DNA from: an uncultured Candidatus Saccharibacteria bacterium
Lineage (GTDB): Bacteria > Patescibacteriota > Saccharimonadia > Saccharimonadales > UBA4665
Reading direction: 5' to 3'
DNA length: 64,000 bases
Assembly (NCBI GenBank): GCA_964578305.1
Contig: CAZOCM010000002.1
Location: 958 to 64,957, forward strand
Positions 56,766 through 64,000 of the stretch are shown one piece after another. The notes under the pieces were generated by a model. That model was not told the DNA's origin, did not search any database, and was given only the letters and a program-made list of their open reading frames with translations. Made by a program: the position numbers and the translations under genes. Every line of letters begins with the position of its first letter. Position 1 is the stretch's first letter.

Positions 56766-58004
56766 TTAAAACCTCTTTAATACAAGTAACTGTCTTCCAA
56801 CAATTTGATTAGTGCGATAATATACCAAATTGCTACTATCTACTTCTTTAAAATTAATTAAATTATATCCTAGATGTGGCAGGTGGTCAATTAGAGGTAG
56901 TGTTTTTAAAATATTGCTTTTTAAATGCCAAGCTGGAACAGCTAAACATAGTCTAAAATCTTTCATTGTTTGAGATGCTAAATTTGTTAAAAATTTTTCT
57001 ATTAACAAATTACACTCTTTTATGGAATTAGCTAATTCTATATCATTTGGGACAGTGCTGTATGGTTGACCTAAATAAGCTTCACTGGCGACAGTATCAA
57101 ATGGCGGCCACTTAAATGTGCGAGCATCACAAACTTTTAAATCTATTTGATCTTCATTTAAATCTTGGTAATTTTTTAATAACCAGTCTAAATTTTCTTT
57201 GGATGATCCAATAAGTTTTTCATTAATATCGCTTCCTGATACTCTATAACCCGTAAGAAGTGCTTCTTGTAAAATGACTCCAGTTCCGCAAAAGGGATCT
57301 AATAAAGTTTTATCAATTTTTTGAATAGGTATAACTTTATCTGGCAGGATATCACAAACAGATAATCTTTCAGATTCTGGCAAAATACCAACACTTAAAT
57401 TAATAATTATTTGTGCTAATTTAGGTGGTAACATACCTGTTTTAGGATCTCGACTTGGTCTGTTTCTATCTCGATTGCTATAAGCGTTAATATCTTGAAC
57501 TTTAACAGTTTGAGCAATGATAGTTTTTTCACCATTATTTATTAAACAAAGCTCCCATCCATTTTCATTGGTTAGTTTATTATGTATTACTTGTGCACTT
57601 GAAAGCTCGTTATTTATATTAGGGACTAACCTAACATTTCGACCCGTTACTTTAATAGCTTTTTTTATTTTTAAACCAGATCTAATTATGTCTTTTGGGT
57701 TTAATTTAAAACCATAAGAACTTAAACCGATAATTAATTTTCCTGAAGGTACTTTCGTAGCGTGTATTGGTGCAGCATTAATTAAATATTTTTCAATTTC
57801 AAGCCATTTATTTGATGATAATTCGCTTAATATTAAACAAAATTTTATACTACCTCCCAATCTATCAAACGCTAGTAAACAGGGGTCAACGTCAACTTGG
57901 GCGGCTATGTTATTTATATTTTTAACTTTGTCGGCTCCATATAAACTTTCGAGCTCCGCTAAACCTAAATTTGGTTGTCTACCTAAAATTAATAAACTTG
58001 GCAT
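56766..58004 (-). CDS. Class I SAM-dependent methyltransferase, Trm11/UPF0020-like putative RNA methylase
   Basis: SAM motif I LLDPFCGTGVILQEA is preceded by RPSRDPKTGMLPPKLAQIIINLS, as in the tRNA m2G10/UPF0020 family. The catalytic (D/N)PPY position reads SEAY. Confidence 0.5.
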   Translation of the reverse strand: MPSLLILGRQPNLGLAELESLYGADKVKNINNIAAQVDVDPCLLAFDRLGGSIKFCLILSELSSNKWLEIEKYLINAAPIHATKVPSGKLIIGLSSYGFKLNPKDIIRSGLKIKKAIKVTGRNVRLVPNINNELSSAQVIHNKLTNENGWELCLINNGEKTIIAQTVKVQDINAYSNRDRNRPSRDPKTGMLPPKLAQIIINLSVGILPESERLSVCDILPDKVIPIQKIDKTLLDPFCGTGVILQEALLTGYRVSGSDINEKLIGSSKENLDWLLKNYQDLNEDQIDLKVCDARTFKWPPFDTVASEAYLGQPYSTVPNDIELANSIKECNLLIEKFLTNLASQTMKDFRLCLAVPAWHLKSNILKTLPLIDHLPHLGYNLINFKEVDSSNLVYYRTNQIVGRQLLVLKRF

Positions 58005-58097
58005 TAGATAATTTTACCTTGTCTAATATATTTCAGATAGCTTAGATTAATATTTATTTAAGGTTATAAGTTATTTGGATTGATATAATAGCCAGAT

Positions 58098-59150
58098 ATG
58101 AGTGATCAGCATTGGTTAAGAAGAAGATGGAAGTTGATAGTTAACGTTATTACTATCCTAGCCCTTGTTGTCCTAGTTTTAGTTTTAAGAAAACAAATAG
58201 GCAATACATTAGAAAACTTAAAACACGTAAATGGTTGGGCATTACTGCTTTTAATACCTATTGAAGCTTTGAATTATCATTCTCAAGCGAGGTTATACCA
58301 AAGATTATTTGCGATCGTCGGCAATAAAGTATCTTATAAATTCCTCTATAGGACCGCGTTAGAATTAAATTTTGTGAACCATGTCTTCCCAAGTGGAGGA
58401 GTAACTGGTTTGTCATATTTCACACTCAGATTAAGAGACGGTAAAAGCATATCATCAGGTAAAGCAACGCTGATGCATGTGCTTAAAATTGGATTGTATT
58501 TTATTTCATTTGAGATTGCTTTAATTTTTGGGGTGATTGCTCTATCAGTTATGGGTAGAGTAAATAACTTAGTTGTTTTATTGGCCAGTTCAATCACGAC
58601 CTTGTTAATAGTTGGTACTTTTATCTTTATATATATAGTTGGTAGCAGACAAAGAATTAGCAGTTTTTTTACTTATGTTACAAAAATAATTAATAGTTTA
58701 ATAAAAATAGTTCTTCCGAAATCTCCAGAGACAATTAATATTTCTAAAGTTGAATCAATGTTTAATGATTTTCATGATAACTACCAGGAGATTAAAAAAA
58801 GTTACAAAAAATTAAAAGCTCCATTTTGGTATGCATTTTTAGCTGATGCAACCGAAATTGCTGCAGTTTATGTAGTTTATATAGCTTTTGGCAAACTTGT
58901 TAATATTGGGGCAGTTATTTTAGCTTACGGGGTAGCTAATTTTGCAGGTGTTATTTCTGTATTACCAGGCGGGATAGGTGTTTATGAAGCTTTAATGACA
59001 GGAGCTCTAATAAGTATGGGAGTCAAGGCGGCTATAAGTTTACCGGCAACAGTAATGTATCGAATTTTGAACATGTTGATTCAACTTCCCCCAGGATATT
59101 ATTTTTACCAACAAGCAATTAGGAAGGGCAGAAAAATCGAATCTGTATAA
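58098..59150 (+). CDS. Polytopic membrane protein, UPF0104 / flippase-like (lysyl-PG synthase TM-region-like)
   Basis: 350 aa with about 8 TM segments. The N-terminus (RRRWKLIVNVITILAL) and the C-terminal LPGGIGVYEA motif are typical of this family. Confidence 0.55.
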   Translation: MSDQHWLRRRWKLIVNVITILALVVLVLVLRKQIGNTLENLKHVNGWALLLLIPIEALNYHSQARLYQRLFAIVGNKVSYKFLYRTALELNFVNHVFPSGGVTGLSYFTLRLRDGKSISSGKATLMHVLKIGLYFISFEIALIFGVIALSVMGRVNNLVVLLASSITTLLIVGTFIFIYIVGSRQRISSFFTYVTKIINSLIKIVLPKSPETINISKVESMFNDFHDNYQEIKKSYKKLKAPFWYAFLADATEIAAVYVVYIAFGKLVNIGAVILAYGVANFAGVISVLPGGIGVYEALMTGALISMGVKAAISLPATVMYRILNMLIQLPPGYYFYQQAIRKGRKIESV

Positions 59151-59153
59151 ATC

Positions 59154-60272
59154 ATGGAAGAAATTATATTAAGCGTCAGTCAATTTATAGAAGTCTTCAA
59201 TCAATCTATGAGCGTGGCGTTTCCAGAAATAAATATTGTTGGAGAACTCGCAAATTTTAAAGTCAGTAAAAATAAATGGGTCTATTTTGACTTAAAAGAT
59301 GATGAGTCAACTTTAAGATTTTTCGGTACTGTATATCAATTACCCGGACCAATTGAAGACGGCATGATGTTAAAAGTGAAAGCTGAACCTAGACTTCACA
59401 ATCAGTACGGATTAAGTATGAATGTAAAAAGTATTTTACCAACCGGTGAAGGGAGTATTAAAAAAGCTGCAGAGCTACTTAAGTTTAAACTCGAAAAAGA
59501 AGGTTTATTTGACGTAAATCGCAAACGATCAATACCTTATCCACCTAAAAATATATGCTTAATTACTTCTAAACAATCAGCCGCCTACACAGATTTTTTA
59601 AAAGTGTTAAATCATAGGTGGCAGGGGATACAAATACAAGTGCTAGATGTCCAAGTCCAAGGGGAGATTGCACCAGAACAAATCACACAATCAATTGAAT
59701 TTGTTAATTCAATGAAATATCTACCAGAAGCCATCATTATTATGAGAGGTGGAGGGAGTGCAGAAGATCTGGCAGCTTTTAGCAGTGAAATGGTTACTAG
59801 AGCCGTCGCTGGTAGTCGAGTACCCACGGTGGTAGCGGTCGGTCATGAAAGGGATATTTCTTTAGCTGAACTGGCTGCTGATTTACGAGCCAGTACTCCA
59901 AGTAACGCCGCAGAACTTTTAGTACCTGAAAGAAATCAAGTGATTGAGTCACTACAAAGTTTAAGGAGAAATATATCCCAGGTATTAATTAATAACATAA
60001 ATGAAATTAAACAGTCATTAAAGACTTCGACACTACATCTTGAAGACACAATATTAAAATACTTTATTGATATAAAACATGAATTAGATATCTCTAAGGC
60101 TGTTATTGGTGCATATAGCCAGAGTGAAGTACTTAAACTTGGCTATTCAATTGTTAGAAATAAAAATGGGAAAATCATTAAAGATGCTCATAGCGTAAAA
60201 ATTAACCAAGATGTACTTATTAAACTTTATAAAGGTGAGCTAGATGCGAATGTTATTAATTCAAGGAATTAG
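59154..60272 (+). CDS. xseA: Exodeoxyribonuclease VII large subunit
   Basis: N-terminal OB (VGELANFKVSKNKWVYFDLKD), catalytic core (RGGGSAEDL, GHERD), and adjacency to xseB. Confidence 0.9.
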   Translation: MEEIILSVSQFIEVFNQSMSVAFPEINIVGELANFKVSKNKWVYFDLKDDESTLRFFGTVYQLPGPIEDGMMLKVKAEPRLHNQYGLSMNVKSILPTGEGSIKKAAELLKFKLEKEGLFDVNRKRSIPYPPKNICLITSKQSAAYTDFLKVLNHRWQGIQIQVLDVQVQGEIAPEQITQSIEFVNSMKYLPEAIIIMRGGGSAEDLAAFSSEMVTRAVAGSRVPTVVAVGHERDISLAELAADLRASTPSNAAELLVPERNQVIESLQSLRRNISQVLINNINEIKQSLKTSTLHLEDTILKYFIDIKHELDISKAVIGAYSQSEVLKLGYSIVRNKNGKIIKDAHSVKINQDVLIKLYKGELDANVINSRN

Positions 60273-60280
60273 GATAGTTT

Positions 60281-60484
60281 ATGTCTCCAAAAAATAATTT
60301 ATATAAAGAACTAAGGAATGAACTAGACAAAGTTATATCAAAACTTCAATCCGATACTATAGATATAGACGAAGTATTAATTTTGTATAAAAAAGGGCAA
60401 AAACTAATTAAAGAATTAGAAGACTATATTAAAAAAGCTGAAAATACTATAAAAGAAATAAAAAATAATATTAAAAAGGGGTAA
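60281..60484 (+). CDS. xseB: Exodeoxyribonuclease VII small subunit
   Basis: 67-aa helical hairpin protein directly after xseA. Confidence 0.8.
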   Translation: MSPKNNLYKELRNELDKVISKLQSDTIDIDEVLILYKKGQKLIKELEDYIKKAENTIKEIKNNIKKG

Positions 60485-60485
60485 T

Positions 60486-60965
60486 TTGCTAATAATAATT
60501 GCGACAATAATTATTATTTGTTTTACAGCGGTAATATTAGTTGGTGCTCCTTATTTACCAACTTTAAAAACCCAAATTAATACTGCATTAATGCTTGCTG
60601 ATTTAAAACCCGAACAGACAATAATTGAGCTTGGCTGTGGAGACGGAAGGGTGCTATTGGCAGCCAGAAAATATGGTTTAAACTCAATAGGATACGAGAT
60701 TAACCCAATACTGGCTATTATTGCGTGGCTTCGCTGTCTTCCATATAAAAATATAAAAGTTAAATGGGGAAATTATTGGACTGCTGAGTGGCCAAAAGCA
60801 GATGCTGTCTTCGTCTTTTTGATTAATAGATATATGAAAAAGTTAGATAAGAAATGTCAGGATTATAAACATAAACCCATTATGCTTATGAGTTTTGCTT
60901 TTAAAATACCAGACAAGAAAGTAATAAAATATAAAAATGGAATTTATTTATATGAATATAAATAG
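60486..60965 (+). CDS. Membrane-anchored class I SAM-dependent methyltransferase
   Basis: TTG start one nt after the xseB stop. An N-terminal TM segment is followed by motif I IIELGCGDGRV. Confidence 0.6.
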   Translation: MLIIIATIIIICFTAVILVGAPYLPTLKTQINTALMLADLKPEQTIIELGCGDGRVLLAARKYGLNSIGYEINPILAIIAWLRCLPYKNIKVKWGNYWTAEWPKADAVFVFLINRYMKKLDKKCQDYKHKPIMLMSFAFKIPDKKVIKYKNGIYLYEYK

Positions 60966-61013
60966 AAAGTTCATTTATTGCTAGCTATCTGATAATAGAG
61001 TAAGATTGAATTT

Positions 61014-61682
61014 ATGATTAAGCATAATCAAGATGGTGCAGCAAATAATGTCGTCATCTACATTATCTTTACCTTAGCGTTAATCGGTTCAATCATATTT
61101 GGAGTCATGACTTTTATGAGCAGACAAGACTATAAAAATAATGTCGATTCCAAAATTCAAAGCGCAGTGAGTGAAGCTGTAAAAAAAGAAGCTACTAGTA
61201 AAGACAACTTTTATTCTAAACAAGCACAACTTCCGCTGGCAACATTTAACGGACCATCACAGTATGGAAGCCTGGTAGTAATGTTCCCTAAAAATTGGAG
61301 TGCTTATGTTGACTACACGGGAAGTGGTAATGCACTAGTCGATGGTTTTTTTAACCCTAATTTTGTGCCATCAATTACAAATCAAAATTCACAATTCGCG
61401 CTTCGAGTTCAAGTTATTAATCAGACTTACTCGCAAGTACTTCAATCTCTCACTAGTCAAATTCAACAGAAATTTGCCACTGCATCTGCATTTGCTTTAC
61501 CTAAATTACCAAATATTGTTGGTGTAAAATTAGTTGGCAAGCTAGATTCAAGTTCTTCAGTTAGTCAAACAAAGATAATTTTACCTCTCAGAACTTATAC
61601 AGTTGAAATTTGGTCTCAAGGGAATACATATCTAAGTGATCTAAACAATAATATATTACCCAACTTTAGTTTTTCACCTTAA
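61014..61682 (+). CDS. Bitopic membrane protein with an extracytoplasmic domain of unknown function
   Basis: 222 aa with a single TM segment (VVIYIIFTLALIGSIIFGVMTF). No family recognised. Confidence 0.5.
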   Translation: MIKHNQDGAANNVVIYIIFTLALIGSIIFGVMTFMSRQDYKNNVDSKIQSAVSEAVKKEATSKDNFYSKQAQLPLATFNGPSQYGSLVVMFPKNWSAYVDYTGSGNALVDGFFNPNFVPSITNQNSQFALRVQVINQTYSQVLQSLTSQIQQKFATASAFALPKLPNIVGVKLVGKLDSSSSVSQTKIILPLRTYTVEIWSQGNTYLSDLNNNILPNFSFSP

Positions 61683-61729
61683 AAAAGTTAGTCTATACTT
61701 AATTAAATAAGTAGGGTAATTACTTTGTT

Positions 61730-62461
61730 ATGACATCTGCATTTGCAGCAAGTCAAGGTCCAATATTATCTCAGCAACTTTTACTAAGTATTGCTGAAGA
61801 ATTAAAAATGCCCTTAATTCGTATTGCCAGGGCAAGCGAGCAAGATAAACTTCTTAATTTAAGTACTACTGAAAATACCAAGATAGTTCAAGCCACAGCT
61901 GATAGTGCAATTAGGTTGTTAGATAACTATATTTTAGGCGTAAAATTGACGCTTGAACCAATGGTGTTTAATTATGAATCAGTTTCAGTCTCATCAATTT
62001 TATATGATTCAAAATTGCAATTAGAACCACTTGCAAAAATTAACGGTGTTAATTTGGAATTGAATACTTCTTCAAAAATTCAACCAGTGCTCGCTAACAG
62101 GACTGCCTTAGAGGCCGCATTAATAAGTTTAGGGATGACTTTGATAGAAACTATTGCTGCACATCCATCTCATCATCAAGTAAAGCTTCAATTTGCAGCA
62201 CACCCAAGCCGATATGGGATAGTGGCGGGTGTTTATGCGCAAACAAAACAAATATCCGCTCAAGCTTTAAAAGCTGGAAGAAAACTTAGATTTACAAGTC
62301 GTCAACCATTTATAAATCTTACATATAATAATGGGGCAGGAATTTTTGTAGCCGATGCAATTCTCCATGCCATGAGTCTGCATCTGACAACTTCTCGTCA
62401 CCATAGACTTTATGGAATTGGTACGGTTTTAAAGCCAATAAACCAAATGCAATTTGTCTAA
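61730..62461 (+). CDS. Soluble histidine-kinase-like protein with degenerate catalytic motifs (pseudo-kinase)
   Basis: The H-box-like SIAEELKMPL aligns to SHELRTPL with Glu23 (61796..61798) in place of His. The N-box Asn and the G1 DxGxG are not recognisable, and only a G2-like GAGIF remains. No TM segments. Confidence 0.5.
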   Translation: MTSAFAASQGPILSQQLLLSIAEELKMPLIRIARASEQDKLLNLSTTENTKIVQATADSAIRLLDNYILGVKLTLEPMVFNYESVSVSSILYDSKLQLEPLAKINGVNLELNTSSKIQPVLANRTALEAALISLGMTLIETIAAHPSHHQVKLQFAAHPSRYGIVAGVYAQTKQISAQALKAGRKLRFTSRQPFINLTYNNGAGIFVADAILHAMSLHLTTSRHHRLYGIGTVLKPINQMQFV

Positions 62462-62847
62462 TGAAGCATATTCTTATTATTGAACCAGACGCGGTTCTTT
62501 CAAAGATATATAAAGATTATTTAAGCCATCATGGATTTAAAATTAGAATTGCGAAAAACGTTGAACAGGCAATTATTAATGCGGATAAGAATACTCCCGA
62601 TTTAATAATATTAGAGCTTCAATTAATTGAGCATTCCGGGATAGAATTTTTATATGAATTTAGATCATATAACGAATGGCAATCAGTACCAATTATAATT
62701 AACAGTCAAATACCACCGAGAGAATTTAAATCAAGCTGGCAAATTTTAAATAAGGATTTAGGCGTCAATGCTTATTTATATAAACCTGCACTGAATCTAA
62801 GCAAACTGCTAAATGAAGTCAATAAATATATACTGTTCGAAGCGTGA
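62461..62847 (+). CDS. Receiver-domain protein with Glu at the phospho-acceptor position (atypical/pseudo-receiver)
   Basis: The CheY fold pattern is retained (ILIIEPD, PIIINS, YLYKP). However, DLIILELQL has Glu52 (62614..62616) where Asp is expected, and the DD acidic pair reads EP. The start overlaps the upstream stop (TAATG). Confidence 0.7.
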   Translation: MKHILIIEPDAVLSKIYKDYLSHHGFKIRIAKNVEQAIINADKNTPDLIILELQLIEHSGIEFLYEFRSYNEWQSVPIIINSQIPPREFKSSWQILNKDLGVNAYLYKPALNLSKLLNEVNKYILFEA

Positions 62848-63539
62848 AAAGAATTAATACAACGGCGATTGTTCTAAACAGAATCAATTACGGCGAAGCA
62901 GATCGAATCATTACATTACTAACATCTTCTGAAGGAAAAATCACCTTAATAGCCAAGGGTGTAAGAAAAGAAAAATCTAAACTTGCTGGTGGTATTGAGC
63001 TTTTTTGTCTAAATGAGATTACATATATTAAAGGAAAGAGGGACCTAGGGACTTTAATATCAAGCCGAATGGACAAATCATTCTTTCATATATTAAAAGA
63101 TATTAATAAAGTTCAATTTGGCTACAATAAAATTAAGCAAATAAATCGTGCAACTGAAGATTTGTATGATCAAGAATATTTTGAACTATTGAAAGATATT
63201 TTTAATTCTCTAAACGAAGATATATCTATTAATTTAATCGAACTTTGGTTCAGTGCTCAATTATTGAATCTAGCAGGGTATAAACCAAATTTAAATTATG
63301 ATGAATTGAATAATAAACTGGATTCTAATTCTAAATATACTTTTAACTTATCTACGATGTCCTTTAAAAATGATACTCACGGTCAATTTAACAGAGACAA
63401 AATAAAAGCACTTAGACTACTTTTTAGCCAACTCAAACCTTCACAAATTATAAACGTTCAGGGTGCGCTTCCATTAATAGATAGTTTTAATCCACTTATT
63501 AATTTAATGGTTAAAAGTCATTTAGATATAATCTATTAA
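62844..63539 (+). CDS. recO: DNA repair protein RecO
   Basis: GTG start overlapping the upstream stop (GTGA). N-terminal OB fold (AIVLNRINYGEADRIITLLTSSEGKITLIAKGVRK). Confidence 0.85.
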   Translation: MKRINTTAIVLNRINYGEADRIITLLTSSEGKITLIAKGVRKEKSKLAGGIELFCLNEITYIKGKRDLGTLISSRMDKSFFHILKDINKVQFGYNKIKQINRATEDLYDQEYFELLKDIFNSLNEDISINLIELWFSAQLLNLAGYKPNLNYDELNNKLDSNSKYTFNLSTMSFKNDTHGQFNRDKIKALRLLFSQLKPSQIINVQGALPLIDSFNPLINLMVKSHLDIIY

Positions 63540-63602
63540 AAAAATCTTGGTCCTAATTAAGTTTAGATGTATACTCCAAATATATTTAAGGAGCTAGTGC
63601 TT

Positions 63603-64000
63603 ATGATGGTGCATATCAATTTATGGGGGGTTCTTGTGGCCGGAATATCCAGTATGGTTATCGGGACAATATATTACGCAGATTATGCCTTTGGCAAAGA
63701 ATGGAAAAAATTAACTAAAATAGACGACAAAAAATTTAAAACAGATTTTCCAAAAATTATGCCATTCTTTTTTCTGGCAGCCTTAATTACAGCATATGTA
63801 GTCGCATATGTTATGTATCTTTACCATTCATTTTTCCAAAATTCGTGGGTGAGTGCAGGGTTGGAAACATCTTTAATACTCTGGTTAGGATTAAGCCTGA
63901 CAACACTATATGTGCATAGCACGATGGACCAGAAACCAAATCAGTTGACGATATTATCTGCTGGTAACAGGCTTCTATCAATTCTAGCTATGGGTCTTAT
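63603..64000 (+). CDS. DUF1761-family membrane protein (3' end outside the window)
   Basis: Open frame from the ATG at 63603 to the window end, with an AAGGAG SD upstream. The N-terminus is INLWGVLVAGISSMVIGTIYYADYAFGKEW, and several TM segments follow. Confidence 0.6.
   Translation, partial: MMVHINLWGVLVAGISSMVIGTIYYADYAFGKEWKKLTKIDDKKFKTDFPKIMPFFFLAALITAYVVAYVMYLYHSFFQNSWVSAGLETSLILWLGLSLTTLYVHSTMDQKPNQLTILSAGNRLLSILAMGL

Overview
This 64-kb window has low G+C (about 33% by hand count of typical lines) and is very tightly packed, with about 70 CDS, many of them with overlapping or abutting junctions. It is almost entirely housekeeping.

- **Translation:** rpsA, infB, fmt, def, rpsU, rplU, rpmA, rpmE, rpsB, tsf, frr, prfA-prmC, prfB, hpf, ileS, proS, lysS, serS.
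- **Replication and repair:** priA, xseAB, recO.
- **Division and envelope:** ftsA-ftsZ, ftsEX plus a coiled-coil CHAP hydrolase plus ctp, an LCP protein, an L,D-transpeptidase, lepB, htrA, rseP.
- **Nucleotide metabolism:** nrdR-nrdJ, pyrG, adk.
- **Other:** parA, parB and secA.

TGA is used as a stop codon and RF2 is present, so the standard code applies. The gene content and compaction fit a reduced-genome bacterium with a Gram-positive-type envelope, such as a CPR/Patescibacteria (Saccharibacteria-like) lineage. That placement is inference only. I recognised no rRNA, tRNA, CRISPR array, transposase or integrase.

I cannot point to a clear novel multi-gene system such as a defence island. 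The observations most worth a second look are:
1. A three-gene module (61014..62847) pairs a histidine-kinase-like protein with a receiver-like protein. Both have Glu at the phosphorylatable His and Asp positions.
2. A roughly 1-kb GC-rich segment at the left edge carries an orphan secreted protein.
3. A -10 hexamer sits 6-10 nt upstream of the ATG, without a Shine-Dalgarno, at at least 11 genes. This suggests leaderless mRNAs.
4. A 415-bp non-coding gap contains a promoter, a hairpin and a terminator, which is a candidate small RNA.
5. parA and parB are convergent and overlap by 8 bp.
6. An Ile T-box leader and tandem NrdR boxes are present.

All functional calls rest on motif recognition by eye. 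No searches were run.
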